From positions 3,177,416 through 3,241,415 of the forward strand of contig OZ316897.1 of assembly GCA_973895155.1 (NCBI GenBank): a stretch of DNA of 64,000 bases. Direction: 5' to 3'. The stretch's first letter is position 1. The number at the start of each line of letters is the position of its first letter. A model generated the notes under the pieces. That model saw nothing but the letters and a program-made list of their open reading frames with translations. It did not search any database and had not been told where the DNA came from. Positions 12,755-27,055 of this stretch are shown piece after piece. The translations under genes were made by a program, and so were the position numbers. This DNA is from Marsupella aquatica. Its lineage: Eukaryota; Plantae; Marchantiophyta.

Positions 12755-15700
12755 GAGAAACTGATTTCACACTCAAAAACTGTTTTATCATTGTTTTCTC
12801 ACTCAAAAACTCTTTTATCATTGTTTTCTGGACCCTTGAATGGTCCTCGCCTCTTGGCTATCCATCCAAAATGCTAAATAGTCAGAGATGAAAAAAGATC
12901 CGATTCGCCGTGTCCTCTTAACAGCGACGAAATCGTTAATTTGAGTCGGCTTCACAGTAAAGGAATTTAAAGTGTCGGTCGTACCAAAGTTCTTTCAAAA
13001 AATAGTTTGGTTACTTGGAGTCACGGCACTGCTCTGCTGATTAGACATATACTAAAAATAGTCTTGATTTGGCACTCCTTGATAGACATGTTGAGAGCTT
13101 CCAGAGTTTTGGGAACCTTCACTCTTTCCTGCGAACTGGGAGATACCCCTACAACCCCCAGCTCAGATTTTCTTGTCGATTGCCTAAACCTCAGGTTAGT
13201 TCGTTGCATAACATCGATAACTACACTCCCGCATTTAAGATATGGAATCTGTCGAAAGACTGATCGAATGGATGACATAACGAAAGTGACAGCCAACCAA
13301 TTGGCACATACATATTGAGTTCGGTATTGGTTCGGCCAGAAAGTGGCCCCAACCATTATTGTGCCAAGGCATGGTGCAACTTATTGTGATCACATAGCTT
13401 TGTCCAGTGATTAATAAGGTATTGTGTTTAATATGTGCATGGAATGTATTGCTTCCTTGTTTTAGAGTGATTCACATATCTATCTATACACTAGAGATAT
13501 CCTGAAAGTAAACTAGAGTTTAAACTATGGTTTACGTAAACTCTAGGTGAAAATCAACTATCTGTAAATTCAGCTTGAGTTTTGAAAGCTAGTCGAGTTA
13601 GGCCAAGTTGGACAGATGTCAGCACCATGTGATCTGGGTAAAGCATGGTTTAGCAGGTGAGTTCAGGCCAAGTTAAGCAGACAGGAGGCGTTCTCCACTG
13701 CCCACTGTCTAAACATCTTGTAAAAGACTAGCAACGAGCTCCACAACCTAACACACCACATTGAAGCTCCTTTTTCGCGAGAAAACCATCACCAGATTGT
13801 GGACAATTAATGACAGGAAGGGGTGCACAAGTTGAATCTCGCGCATTGACGTAGGGGCGAGGGGCGAAACGTCGAGGTGCAATCTCAGCATTTTGCAAAT
13901 GGAAGAAGTGCCAATGGAGGCTGAGCAGTTCGGCCAGGTGTTTTCAAGTTCAGACGACAGTAGTGACAGCGGGAGTGATAGTAGTGACGTACAGCGATGA
14001 CGATGATTCCTTGCAGGAGCTCGACAACATGATGCTGCTCTTGGTTGTGATGGCAATTCACACTTATGTAAAATGCATAGTCATTTCAGAGTATCGAGTT
14101 GTCTCGAGAGAATGGCTCTTCCCCGGGCTCTTCTTCCTCTACATCATTCTCTACTACTGGCAGGGGGGTAGCGAATTCAACATTGACAGCCGACGCAACC
14201 GAGCCTGGAACCTGGACTGGAAGATTGAGCTCCTCTGAGGCAGATGTCCGACTCTGCGCCCTGTCGTCCGCTGGCTGTTTCTTCTTATCACGAGCTTGGT
14301 CTCGCAATCTCTTGGCCTCTCCCCTCCCACCTCCCTCTAATGAAGTTTCCATGCTTCCCACCATCTGCGATCCCAAATGCAGTTCCCGCCCGGCCTCCAT
14401 GGAATTGCTGCACTGCAGATTGAATCACCACTCAATGAAGCTCAATGGCAGTGCTCCTTGCAAATGTAGTTCCTGCCCGCCGCAATGAATTGATGCGGTC
14501 TTTAGGAGTGGAGCAGTAGTTCCTAAATTACTTGTGCTGGCCCCACCAGTTTTAGCAGGTCGACCTTCAGTCCCTTGGGCTGGTGTCCCTTGTGGGCCCC
14601 CCATTTGTATGTTGGCTATTGTATGAATGGAATTAATTTGGTTTTTTTGAGGCAAAAGAAAAGAACAACATCATTCCTGACTCAATTTCCACACAACCCC
14701 AATGACAACCCTCTTGAGCTAACAATTCACTTCCACAACCACAACATGGTCACAATGACAACCAGTCCTGCCAAACCTACAACTCAGTTGGCCCAATGAT
14801 GACTGTGCTCACGAGTGTCATTGGGCTCAATTTAACTTCACCTTGCCACTACTTCCTTTCGTCATAGACACCCTTGCATCCATGACCAATATGATCCTCA
14901 GCAAGTTCCCCACCTACAACTAGTTCGCACATCTCACAATTTTCTGTGCAACACATGCACTTCTCTTTAAGTGCAACAAAGGACAATTCGTTGTCCCACC
15001 TAAAATTTACGACAAGTGCACCAATTCATGCATGAGGAAATTGAGCTCGTGATAGGTATAGTTCAATATCTCATAACCTTGGCAACCTAGGTTGTAGCGT
15101 GGACACGTACACAGACCTTGCACCACCCTCAGAGACTCAGAGAGAAATTAAATATCACGATGAATGTCTTCCCCGTGAGAACGGGCTAGGTTCGAGGTGT
15201 GGACACATAGACCTGGCCTCAGACGTACTTAGAAAGAAATTGAAGACCAGGATGATTGTCTTCCCCGTGAGAAGGAACTCATTCATTTGTGTTTTCATTA
15301 TTCTGTGAACTGGACAGGAGTGACCAGATCGCACTTGCGTTAACTGCAGCTTTCCATCTGTTTCATTTGTCACTAAAATGGATTCACTCGCACTTGAATC
15401 CAGTGTGATTGATCAGGTCAACTTTCTGCTTAGGTTGAGGCCATTTTTTTAAACCTCCTCATTCGCTCCTATTGAATTCTGGGTTCTGGTAGACCTCTTA
15501 TATGGGTACTAAGTCGGCGTTTGATTTACTCCGTGACTTCTAAGTTGTGGCTATCAATCTGGATTCAATTGCACTTCTGCTCAGCTCCAGCCGGATGGCT
15601 GAAGATGAACTTCGTTCTTATCGATCCGAACTCCGAGTCGGTACCGGGCCGGTCACTTTTGTACTCCACTTTAGCTGTGGAGTCTTGTTGACCTCAATCC

Positions 15701-15900
15701 AATCGCAAAATCAACAGTTCGATGTTTAGCATGCATCTTTTCGTTCTAGCTCCTGTCCATCTGGATTCAAGCAGACTCGAGTTTTGAACTCTGACTATAC
15801 ATTGATGTGGGTTTAGGTTCCCTACTTCCGTGCATCAAAATTGTTGTATAATTAAAAGTTAGAATGTTAATTAGTAAGAGCAGATTCTCTCGCAAGCAAT
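12755..15900. repeat. Non-coding block homologous to 48283-49460, split by a ~2-kb insertion (~13250-15150)
   Basis: Shared colinear words: cttggctatc, cttcacagtaaa, gtaccaaagt, cccccagctcagattttctt, agaaagaaattga, cttgaatccagtgtgattgatcagg, cctcctcattcgctcct, ctgggttctggtagacctc, cagattc. Confidence 0.8.
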
Positions 15901-16380
15901 GGGCATGGACCATCAATCAGATGACTGTAGGGGGTATTTTACCGGGATATTACAAGAAAGCGGATTGAGTGGCCAGTTTTATTAGACATTGACATGCAAC
16001 CAAACCCAAAGTTAAGAGCATAAATGTATCGATCAACATTGCTTACAAGTGGCAAGAGCTAGCCATGCATAAATTACAAGGTATTCCAAAATACAAGCTC
16101 AAATTGGGATGTTTAACTTCGCAAGGTGCCTCGACTCGTTTTAAAGTGAGCTTGACCCAAGCTAATAGATTAGATTGAGCGATGCCAAGAAAAAGTCCAA
16201 ATTGTTCCGTCAAGTTCACCTGGCATGACCAGCAGCAAACAGTTGACCATCTCTTCCTTTAACTAACCGGTGTCACTCAACTCGTTGATTGGGATCGGAG
16301 GTCTTGTGTGAGCTTATAATGCTTGAGGTTGACCCGGTGCTTGGCCTCAGTTTTTAGTTTAGGACTCCCAGATATTAACA

Positions 16381-16815
16381 ACCGATACCACTAATGAACA
16401 ATACACTTAGGATGCACGATATAACGTTCATCGTGTCAGTATCAAGTCCTTACGCAAAACTCCTGCCTCAACCGGTGGCCAAGAAGGAGACAATTCCACA
16501 CACAAGGTCCTCCCTTCCTTCGATGAAACGATTGTGAAGGCAAACCAGGCAAAGGTCGTTGATTTGCGGATACCTGTAATTCAGAACTGGCATGGAAGAG
16601 CGCCGGGAGATGTGCATAGTAGATTTGCGAGCACACACCATCAAGCTGTCTCCACCTCCGGGCCAAGTGGAGAATGAATTGCTCAACTCTTTCGTGTATC
16701 ATGTGTCCCACACGTACGTACGGACAGTGATTGACTTATCGAAGCTCACTTCTCAAGGAGGACCAATTGTCTGGATAGGCTGGCATAGGACTTTGATACT
16801 AACTAGTCGTCTTCA
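16381..16815 (-). mobile_element. Possible truncated LTR-retrotransposon end (LTR ~16395-16815 plus degenerate PBS)
   Basis: TGAA...TTCA termini. The adjacent accgatacca is the reverse complement of a TGGTATC-like PBS. No partner LTR or TSD found. Confidence 0.3.
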
Positions 16816-16936
16816 GACACTAGTCGGCGACCAATCCAAGTACTATATGCTAGCTTATATGTGGATAACTAGAAGAGTCCCATTACAGATCATCATCGTC
16901 AGGACCTCTTTGAAAACAATTTCAAGCTCAACCCTC

Positions 16937-18615
16937 CTACATAGATACTTCTTTCTCCTCCATGACACGACTCTGATGCGAGGGATCGTTAGTCGACGCT
17001 AAATAATTACCTTCACCAAACAAGGCGTAAGCCTCCTCTCCATGCACTGCATCGTCTCCGATTTCCAGGTTCTCTGGTGATAGGCGCAACGGCATGAAGA
17101 ATCTGATGGCGATACATATCATGCTTGTGACGACAAGGTTCCATCCAATAATGAATACCGCTCCAAGAACTTGCAATCCGACCTGGTAACCACCGCGGGT
17201 GAATCTCTTGTTCCAAGCGTAGAACAGACCATGCGTCTTGTTGACAGGTAGGAAAAGTGTCGAAGTTATAGGCTCAGCAAAGACGCCTGCTAATACTCCA
17301 CCAAGTACGCCAGCCACTGCATGAGTGTGAAACACGCGCATGGTGTCGTCAGTATCCCGCAGCCATTTGAAATACTTCATGTGGTGAACGACTTTCATAG
17401 TGTACCATGGAATTGATCCAGACAATATTCCCAAAACGATTGCTGCCCACCCTTCAATAACACCTGCCGAAGGGGTGATGCAAACCAGACCAGTAACCAT
17501 TCCCTGGACAGCACCGATCACCGACACCTTCCGAGTATCTATAATATCAAGAGTCATCCAAACCAATAAGCTCGTTGCGGTACAAACGTGGGTGTTGATC
17601 ACTGCCAGTGAAGCATCTATGTTGACGGCCAAGGGATCGCCTCCGTTGAACCCAGTCCATCCCAGCCACAGCAATCCTGCCCCGGCCAACATCATCAACA
17701 GATTGTTTGGTAGGAAGTTCTCGCGATCTCTGTCCGATCTCGGGCCCACCTGCATACAATGACCTCACAGTCGCTGCTTTCAATTTACATATCCCGTGGT
17801 AGAAAGCTTTGCAACGTTCATTAGAGTAGTGAGTTTAATTATATGTACCATCAGAAGTAGTGACAGTGCAGCTGCATGAACGACATAAATCCTAAAAGAA
17901 TTAGAAACCATTGGAGAGTACGTACCCAGTAGGCAGCAGTGAATCCGGCAATCCCTGAGGACAGATGAATAACGTACCCGCCAGAGTAATCAATTACACC
18001 CATCTGGTACAAAAATCCTCCACCGAAAAGAGAAAAACAACCAACTGAGTAGGAAAAGGTTATCCAAAGGGGTACAAATAGGAGCCATGCCCGAAAATTC
18101 ATTCTTCCCAAGAGCGATCCAGCAACCAAAATGATCGTGATTGCAGCGAACATGAACTGAAAATACACCAATGTTGCCATTGGGTACAGTAAGTTAGTTC
18201 CTCCATAAGAGGTGTTGCAAGGTTCTGGGGCGCCGACACATCCCAAATTAAATGGTATGCTCGACTCTGAAATGTTTGCTTGGAGCAACAAGAAATTGTG
18301 CGTTAACGTCACCCCAGCCTTACCCCAGAAGGGCAGAAGTTTGTCGCCAAAAGACATACGGTATGCCCAGACAACCCAGCAGATAAGAGTCGCTGCAAAA
18401 GCGTAGAAAGCCATGAAAGCAGAGTTCACTGCCCACTTCTTCTTCACGAAGCTTCCATACAAGATGACCAGCCCAGGCACACTTTGGATGCCCACCAATG
18501 TAGCAGAAATCATTTGCCACGCATTGTCGCCTTTGTTCAGCCAGCTTGGTGTGGCTGTTGAATACGCTGGAGCATTAGCTTGAGAATTTGCGTATGCAGA
18601 ATAATCAGAACTCAT
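16937..18615 (-). CDS. AMT2: Ammonium transporter, plant AMT2/MEP subfamily, copy B; exons 18615-17926 and 17749-16937, 500 aa
   Basis: Same motifs and identical exon lengths (690 and 813 nt) as copy A; GT-AG intron 17925-17750 (176 nt) at the same position; both pore histidines (VIHLSSG, FHTHA) present. Confidence 0.96.
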
Positions 18616-20203
18616 GGCTGCCCCCTCGTTGCCGGTCTTTGTTACACTCCTCTGAATGGTATTCTATGAACTAACGGAGTCCTTGGTACTAAATTTCGGT
18701 CCAAAACCTCCCCCGGCCTCGATGGTTTTCTCTCGACCCTTTCAGCTAGACATACATGAATATATCTTTTGCGATCGGTGAATAATCATTTTCATTCTCC
18801 GATCACAGTTCTTTGGTGGATGAAAACGTGCTTCGACTCATTGAATCGCTCAACTCGATGCAACTAATATTTGTCACCTCGAAAGACATCCTTGAGCTCA
18901 GCCGGCCGAGAGAGACTGTAGTAGATTGCGGAGGCCGTGTCAAGTAACAGAGTGAGTATAAATGGCAGAGTGTACGCGGCTCAGTACGTGGCCTTGAATC
19001 TCTGAATTTGGCCGTGGTTAAGGAAACGTGCATTATCACTCAACTCTTTTCCATTGCCGATTCTAAACTGAGCTGCGCAATGAGATCGTTTTGTTCCTTT
19101 TCCAACACATGCCGGGCAGTGAGTCTCAAAGAGCATTACAGTACAATAAAGTGTGCAAAACATGCGACAGAGGTGAACAGAATGATCCTGCACAGTTCCG
19201 GAATGGCTGCCCTTCCCCTAGTTTTGGATTGCAAGCGTCCAAACAACGTCGCCATCGTTTCCCAAGGGAAATCCCTGTGCAGGGTGCAGCTCTGATTTCA
19301 CGAATGAATCTCGGGCGGCGCTCGAGTTGGCATGCGGTTCTTTGTCCAGATTGGCCGTTCCTGACATTGCACAAAAGGCGATCGCTGGCCTGGTCGTATG
19401 TGAACAGATCAGTGACTCTTGTTCATTTCAGGGAGTCCACCAGAGGAGATTTCTTGGGGTATATGTATGATGGACATGCCATACAAACTTTCCGTATCAG
19501 CCCCATGACATTTTTTTAAACAAACTACATTAGACCCCCCTTCTGACGAGCTCCAAGATGTTCTTCTAAAGTGAGATACTAGAAACAAACTGAGTGAACA
19601 TGATTCCAGGCACTAGCCCCTACGACCCATTTGAAGAACATGAATAGCGGAGAGGATAATAAAAATGTTTTTATCAAAATATTTTTTCCATTCACATTTT
19701 TTGAATGTTAGTGAAATAATTTTTAAAAACACATCATTTTAATAGTCATACATAATATACGATTGTCCATATACCATTCTCTTTTCTATGCACATCCCTC
19801 ACTTTATGCACATCCTTCATTCTATGCACATATGTTGTGGTGGGGCCATAGTGTCCATTTTTTAAATATAAACACTTATCACCAAAACCTTACATGTACT
19901 AGTTGACATACATCATAATCATGAGTCTTTCCATGCACATAAATTTTTCCATGCACATGATGGCCATGGAGTTAAAGTCTAGAGGGTCCACTCTAGACCT
20001 AGGCTCTTACAAGTAAACTTCAGTTGGTGCTTTTATAGTAAGATTTGAATCACAACTACTACTTAGTTGAACCGTGAGTAAAGGGTTTTCTAGCACAAAC
20101 TGTGTCCTGTCAATCTCAGGAGTTGATGGGGCTAGTGATCTTTGTTGTTGGGGAGTGGCTGCTCATTATCACGTCATCCAAATTGTAAAATTAAGGTAAT
20201 AGT

Positions 20204-23200
20204 TGTGGGGAGAAATCAGATCAGGAAAAACACTCCAAACATACACGTGCTCAATAGTTACGTGGTTCGCCTCAAGGTTGGCTACGTCCATGGGAAGACC
20301 AAACTTTATTAACGGTTATGTGTCTACTCAAGCATCACCTTAGCTCTCATCTCTTCAAGCTCTCATCTCTTGCTATATCACTGTGTTCTCTCTTGAGAAC
20401 TCTCTTGTATGTTCTCACACCACATAGAAGTTGAAGAGATAAGGACCAACTCTTCAACTAGGGTTTACTCTAACCCTAGTTAACATACTAACCATAGTTC
20501 AACCCAAGACTGAGTTAACCTCTACAAACTCCCCCTTGACTCACGTCTTGGGAGGGTTCATAACATTGTCTTTTCCTTACAAGTTCCTCCGCGGGAAGTT
20601 CAAGACAGTAGGGCCAAAAGACCCTCCCCCTAATGCAAGGGTTAACTAGAACTAAGACGTAGCCGATAAGCCATCAGATGGAGTACTCATATAGAGACAT
20701 TTTCTTGGTTAACTCTATATTTACAATATTTGTAAATAATTACAATGCCTTGAAAAACTATTGGAGTCTAATACTTTGGTAAAAGCATCCGTTGGATTAA
20801 ACTTTCCATCAATCTTGACAAACTCAAATTCATCATCCGATAATGCCTGTCGGATGAAATGATAGCGGACATCAATGTGCTTTACCCTGCCATCCATCAC
20901 CTGATTCTTGGCAGTGTAAATTGCACTTTGACTATCACAATGAAGATATACACACTCCTGTGATAAACCCATCTCCATGACAAGCTTTTTCAACCAAATG
21001 GTCTCTGATGCTGCTTCTGCTGCTGCTACATACTCGGCGTCCATAGTAGACTTTGCAACACACTTTTGGAGAGTAGACTTCCAACTAATGCATCCACCAG
21101 CATGTGTAAATACATATCCAGTTGTCGATCTCCTCTTATCCAGATCACCTGCGTAGTCTGCATCCACATAACCTTGAAGCACTTTCATATTGTTTGAACT
21201 TGCATCAAACAATAAACCCTTCTTAGTGGAACCTCTGATGTAGCGCAAAATCCATTTCACTGCTTCCCAATGAATTTTTCCTGGATTTGCCATGTATCTG
21301 CTTACCTTGCTAACGGCATAAGCTATGTCTGTTTGGGTGCATACCATGAGATACATTAAACTACCCACAACACTTTCATAAGGAACTTTGGACATCAAGC
21401 TTTTTTTTGTTGCATCCGATGGACAAAATGTTGCAGAAATATTGAAATGCCTTGCCAAAGGAACACTCACAGCCTTAGCATCTGCCATGTTGAATTTTGA
21501 GAGTACCTTCTCTACATACCTTTTCTGCGTCAGCCAAAGTTTGGCTTTGTTAACATCCTTGACAATCTCCATGCCTAGGATCCTCTTGGTTGTGCCCAAA
21601 TCCTTCATCTTAAACTCAGAACTGAGTTGGGCCTTAAGCTTATCAACTTCGCCCCTATCTTGTGCTGCAATGAGCATGTCATCCACATAAAGTACAAGGA
21701 TGACAAGCTTAAAACTTGTGTTGTTCACACGCCTTATGTAAACACATGGATCGTACATGCTTTGCACAAATCCAAGCGATTTCAAAAATTTATCAAAATG
21801 CTTGTTCCACTGCCTTGGGCTCTGCTTTAATCCATACAAGGATTTTAGCAACCTGCATACCAAATTTTCCTTGCCCTTTTGCACAAAACCCTCTGGTTGC
21901 CTCATGTAAATCACCTCATCCAACGATCCATATAAGAATACCGTGATAACATCCATTTGATCTAAAACCAGATCAAATAAAACTACCAGAGCACATAGCA
22001 AATGTATTGTTGAATACTTTGCTACAGGTGAAAAAACCTCATTGTAGTCTATACCTTTTTGTTGAGTAAAACCCTTGGCTACCAACCGAGCCTTAAATAT
22101 CTTCTCAGCATCCGCCGTGGGTCCATCTTTCTTCCTATACACCCACTTGCTGTCAACAGCTTGCTTGTCACTAGGTAGACTTGTGAGTTCCCAAGTCTTG
22201 TTATCATGAAGTGATTTCATTTCCATGCGCATCGTCACCTACCACTGTTGCTTCTCCATAGAAGCTAGGACCTCTCGAAATGAGGATGGATCTCCATCTT
22301 CTGTCACCAATGCATCAATAGATTCTTCATCCAAATCCACTTGATCAGAAGGAAGCCAAGTTCCATACCTTTTTCGTGCTTGACGTTTGCGAGTTCCTCT
22401 TCGCATTGAAGACTCAGGCTGATCTGATTGTAGTGTGCTTTGCCTTACAGTGGTGTCAACATATTCGTTATCTGACACATCCTTTCCCCTTGTATCCTCT
22501 AGAGGAGGAGATTGCTCTTTGTTAGTAGTAGGAAATTGATCTATCTTCCCCTCCTTCAATGATTTTTCTTCATTGAAGGATACATCCCGACTAACAAGTA
22601 ACTTGCAATCAACTAGATCCCACAACCGATAACCTTTAATTTCACACTGATAACCAAGAAAAATGCATTTCTGGGCTCTAGGATCTAGCTTAGTCATATT
22701 GTTGCTAGGAACATGTGCATATGCTTCACAGCCAAAAACCCTAAGCTTTGAATAATCAATAGGTCGATTGTGCCATAGCTCAAAGGGGGTTTTGTAAGTA
22801 ATTGCCCGACTAGGAGAGAGATTTACTAGATAAGCAGCTATGTTGATAGCTTCCACCCAAAAGATTTGTGGCAATTTAGAGTGGCTCAACATGCTTCTTG
22901 CTCGCTCCAACAATGTGCGGTTGAGTCGCTCAGCAACACCATTTTGCTCAGGAGTGTACACAGTTGTGAGATGGTGAGTAATTCCCTTATTTGCATAATA
23001 CGTGTTGAACTTGCCAGAGGTGTATTCACCACCATTATCTGATCGTAGATATCTCACATTCTTTGTAGTCTGTGTCTCAATTTGAGCTACCCATTGTTTG
23101 AAGATGGAAAGCACTTCAAACTTATGGGCAATGAAATAAATCCAAAAAAACCTTGAGTAATCATCGATAAACGATACATAGTATTGTTTGCCTAAATGTG

Positions 23201-26200
23201 AAAAAACCAGAGCAGGACCCCACACATCGGAATGAATATACTCAAGTACAACTTTAGAATGATGAATGACAGTCGGAAATGGAGTTCTTGTTTTCTTGCC
23301 GACAATGCAATGATCACAAAAACTCAACTTGCATGCTTGCAATCCTGGTAGGAGATGTCGCTTGGTAGGATTTCCAAACTTTTTTCACTCGTGTGACCAA
23401 GCCGAGCATGCCATAAATTGATTTTCTCCTCCTGAGATGTGACCAAGTTGACTTCGGCAAGAAGTGTGGTGCCTTCCAAGACATAAATGTTTCTTTTCCT
23501 CTTGCCAATAAGAACTTCAATTGATCCATGCGTGACTGTTAACACCCCATCAGTGGCACTCCATTGATAACCCTTGGCATCCAAGTAGCCAAGAGAAATC
23601 AAATTCTTATACATTTTTGGAATGTGTTTGACATTTGATAGAGTACAGTACTTGCCACCAGGTAGTTGAATCTTTACGGATCCAATGCCTAAAACTTTGC
23701 AAGAATGATTATTTCCCATCAAAACAGATCCGTTGATAGGAGTGTAGGATGAGAAAAGTTTACGCATATACCAGATGTGATACGAGCAAGCGGAATCCAA
23801 GATCCATTGACAATCCTCAACTTGAGAAGTGGTACACAATGCAAATCCTTCACTATCCTCTTCTCGAACAACTACTTGGGCTGAAGAACCGGCAACTTCC
23901 TTGAATGTGTCTTTGACGCGACAATCCTTCTTCATGTGACCCACTTTGTCACACTTCCAACACTTTATCTCACGAGTAGACTTGGATGGTGATTTGGATC
24001 GAGATCTAGATCTGGATCTAAACCTCCTCCTACCAAAAGATCGGTCGTGGAACCTTCCTCGCTCTATGGGAAGTGGGTTAAACCTTTTGTTTTCATGAGA
24101 TGACTCCCTTGATTTGCCTCTTTCTACCAACAATGTCGTTGATGATGAGGTTGAGGTAGGATGAGCTGAAGAAACCAGCTTAGACTGCATGTCATCGGTC
24201 AACAGGGCACTCACCACATCATTGTAGGATATAGTTATCTTATCACGGAATAGAAGAACTCGAGACAAAGATTGGTACGAAGGTGGTAGTGAGCTCAAGA
24301 GTTGTAAGGCTTTCTTTTCTTTGCTCAAATGCTCTCCCAAATTCTCTAGGTCAACCACAAGATCATTGAACTGATCGATATGATCTTGAATCTTGACTCC
24401 ATCAGCCATTTTAAATTGCATGAGCTTCAGGCTTGCATACATTCGGTTTGACATCTCCTTCTTGTAGTACTTGTTGCGCAATGCTTGAAACAAGTTCGTC
24501 ACCGTTTGTGTTGTTTTTTCCTCAAACTACTTCTTCACATTGTTTTTGAGGTACATGCCAACAATACTTACCGCTTGATCCTGGAGATCATACCAATCAT
24601 CATCTTCCATCTCCTTGGGTTGAGATCTTAGTACCTTGCCTAGGCCCATCGCCCTAAGTGCATCCCTCACGTTATGTTCCCACATTGTATAGTCCATCCG
24701 ACCATCAAATTTTTCCACCTCAAACCTTTGACCTCCAATCCTAGTAGTCGCCATCGCTGGAATGCCAAATGTAGTGTGGAGTCGCCTTCCGACAAGAAAT
24801 AAACGTCGAATGCTCAAATGTGGGGTGTGAAAATAAGGCCAAAATTGAAAGTTGGTGAATTTTGAAACTGATCACTCTTATGTGTAGCCCACAAGGTAAC
24901 GCTCCGAATTCTGAAAATGGTTTGTCAAATGGACTCTCGAGTGCCGAGAATTTTTACTCCGACCGGAGGGGGTAAAAGATGAAATAATTACCCCTCGAGG
25001 GAATCTCTTATGCCAAAGATTCCACTAGTGTACTTTTTCAGAATTGAACGCACCAATACTTGCCTAGCTTCCCCAAGTACGCCTCTCCAAAAGTTGAAGT
25101 TGATCCGATTTTATTTGCCGCTCGGAATCTTTGACCTTCGGTAAAAATTTAAGCCTCTAGAAAAGAATCTTTTCGGGAAATTCCGTCCGCCCTTGTACAG
25201 CCCCTGTGGGGGACTTCACAGGGGGCACTTCCCCCTGCCCGAGCTCTGTTGAGCCCTAAAAGGCCTCCTCGAAGTTTTTGATCTCCTCGCGCGTCCGCGG
25301 AAGTCGCGACTACTCGCGGCAGAAAGTACCCCTCAGCGGATTCACTCAAATTCCCGTCTCAGTTTTTGACGAAATCCAATTCTGATTTCAGATTCAGAAA
25401 CTAGACTTCGAGGGCATCAAGATTAATATAAAGAACTCACAAAATGGTGGAGTAATGAGGGAGAAACAATTCGGTGAAAGTGACTGATATTAAGTTATCC
25501 GCCATAGCCAAAATTTTGAGCTCAAAAAACGAGAATTGAAATTAAGATTGCTTCTCAACCGTTTGACAGAATTCAACGATGTTGATATCGAAACATCTAG
25601 AAAGACAAGGCGCTCAAGCGTATCTCAGTTTCAAGTCCCGATAGAATAATAAAAAAGACTGATCTGAGAAATTGACCTTATCTTTTGCCCGATAACGTAA
25701 ATTGAAAACCGTCACTTACAATTGTTTCCATTTCTGACCTCAGGCCTTCATTGCTTCACTGAAATGAGCCCCTGGTTGTGTGCTCCACACTTGTGAGAAG
25801 ATTGAGTCCGATCTTATTTCAATAGCTCCGCTTCGAAGAGGAAATCATCCGCTGTTCGCTTTGCTTGAAGCAAGTTCTATGGAGTTCCTAATTGACTGAA
25901 AAAACCTGAGCTCTGATACCAATTGTGGGGAGAAATCAGATCAGGAAAAACACTCCAAACATACACGTGCTCAATAGTTACGTGGTTCGCCTCAAGGTTG
26001 GCTACGTCCATGGGAAGACCAAGCTTTAGTAACGGTTATGTGTCTACTGAAGCATCACCTTAGCTCTCATCTCTTCAAGCTCTCATCTCTTGCTATATCA
26101 CTGTGTTCTCTCTTGAGAACTCTCTTGTGTGTTCTCACACCACATAGAAGTTGAAGAGATAAGGACCAACTCTTCAACTAGGGTTTACTCTAACCCTAGT

Positions 26201-26246
26201 TAACATACTAACCATAGTTCAACCCAAGACTGAGTTAACCTCTACA
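20204..26246 (-). mobile_element. Full-length Ty1/Copia LTR retrotransposon 1 (decayed ORF)
   Basis: 323-bp LTRs 20204-20526 and 25924-26246 (TG...CA, 4 differences counted); PBS TGGTATCAGAGC at 25910-25921; PPT next to 20527; TSD ATAGT/ATAAT; domain order gag-PR-INT-RT-RH. Confidence 0.97.
20721..24817 (-). pseudogene. Copia 1 gag-pol
   Basis: CCHC knuckle CWKCDKVGHMKKDC, protease WILDSACS, GAG-pre-integrase LWHARLGH, integrase SDVWGP/LRSDNGGEY/QNGVAER, RT YVDDML, RNaseH DADYAG/CDSQSA. In-frame stops at 24527 and 22239; frameshift near 23340. Confidence 0.95.
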
Positions 26247-26869
26247 ATAATAAAGTGAGGATATTCATGTGAATGCATTCCATTTTGTAGAATCCATATG
26301 ATGTCTTCTTATTTTTTTTCTCAGTAAGTCTTTTCAAGGCCTGAGGTTATAATTAAGGGCTCCCACAAGGTTTGCATGAATCCTGCATTCGGTGTGGGCC
26401 TGCATGGTGTGTGTGGGTTCTGCCAACTGAAGAGTTTGCCCCCACGTCCTAACAGAATGAGTGAGCAGAAACTACTCTTGGTAAATGCTAAGTATGATGG
26501 AGACAATCTCCACATTGTCTCCAAAACAAAGCACTGGTGTTGGCTAATTACCCTCACCCAAGCAGCATGGGGGAGCAAAAATTAATTACTTTTGGTGAAG
26601 AAATATGTTAAGTATGAGGTGAAAAAAATCTCCATAGGGTCTCCATCTTGGCTTCCCAACACACCAGTGGAGGCCACTCATCCTCACCAAAATAGCATGG
26701 GTGAACAAACTTTCATACCTGGGGGCTGCTCAAGTAAATTTGTTCTGGCAGGGGATCCATCTGGCTTCTTTCCGTAATTATTTGTAGTCTGTAGTAATGT
26801 ATTGTGATAATATGGGATGAACTACTTTCCTTGCTACTTTCACATGTTTTCCAACTGTTAGTATCTATG

Positions 26870-27055
26870 TGGATATTCCAAGAAAAGTTCTGATAATGAA
26901 GCAATCTCAACGATGGAGGAGAAATTTGAAAATTTCCTTCACTTTGACTTCACAGTAAGGTTTCCTTAATATGTGGCCCAGGCAATAGACTTATGCCTCC
27001 ATCATGACTGTCTTGCATAAAAAAAAGTTTTATTAGCTCCGATATTTGTTAGACT
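26870..27055. repeat. Displaced distal upstream block of AMT2 copy B, homologous to ~6810-6985
   Basis: tattccaagaaaagtt, tgact.cacagtaaggtttccttaa and attagctccgatatttgtt occur in the same order at both sites. Confidence 0.75.

Noticed and set aside
13890-14500. Short acidic ORFs, possibly a Harbinger or other TE fragment
   Set aside because: No catalytic motif, TIR pair or TSD could be established.
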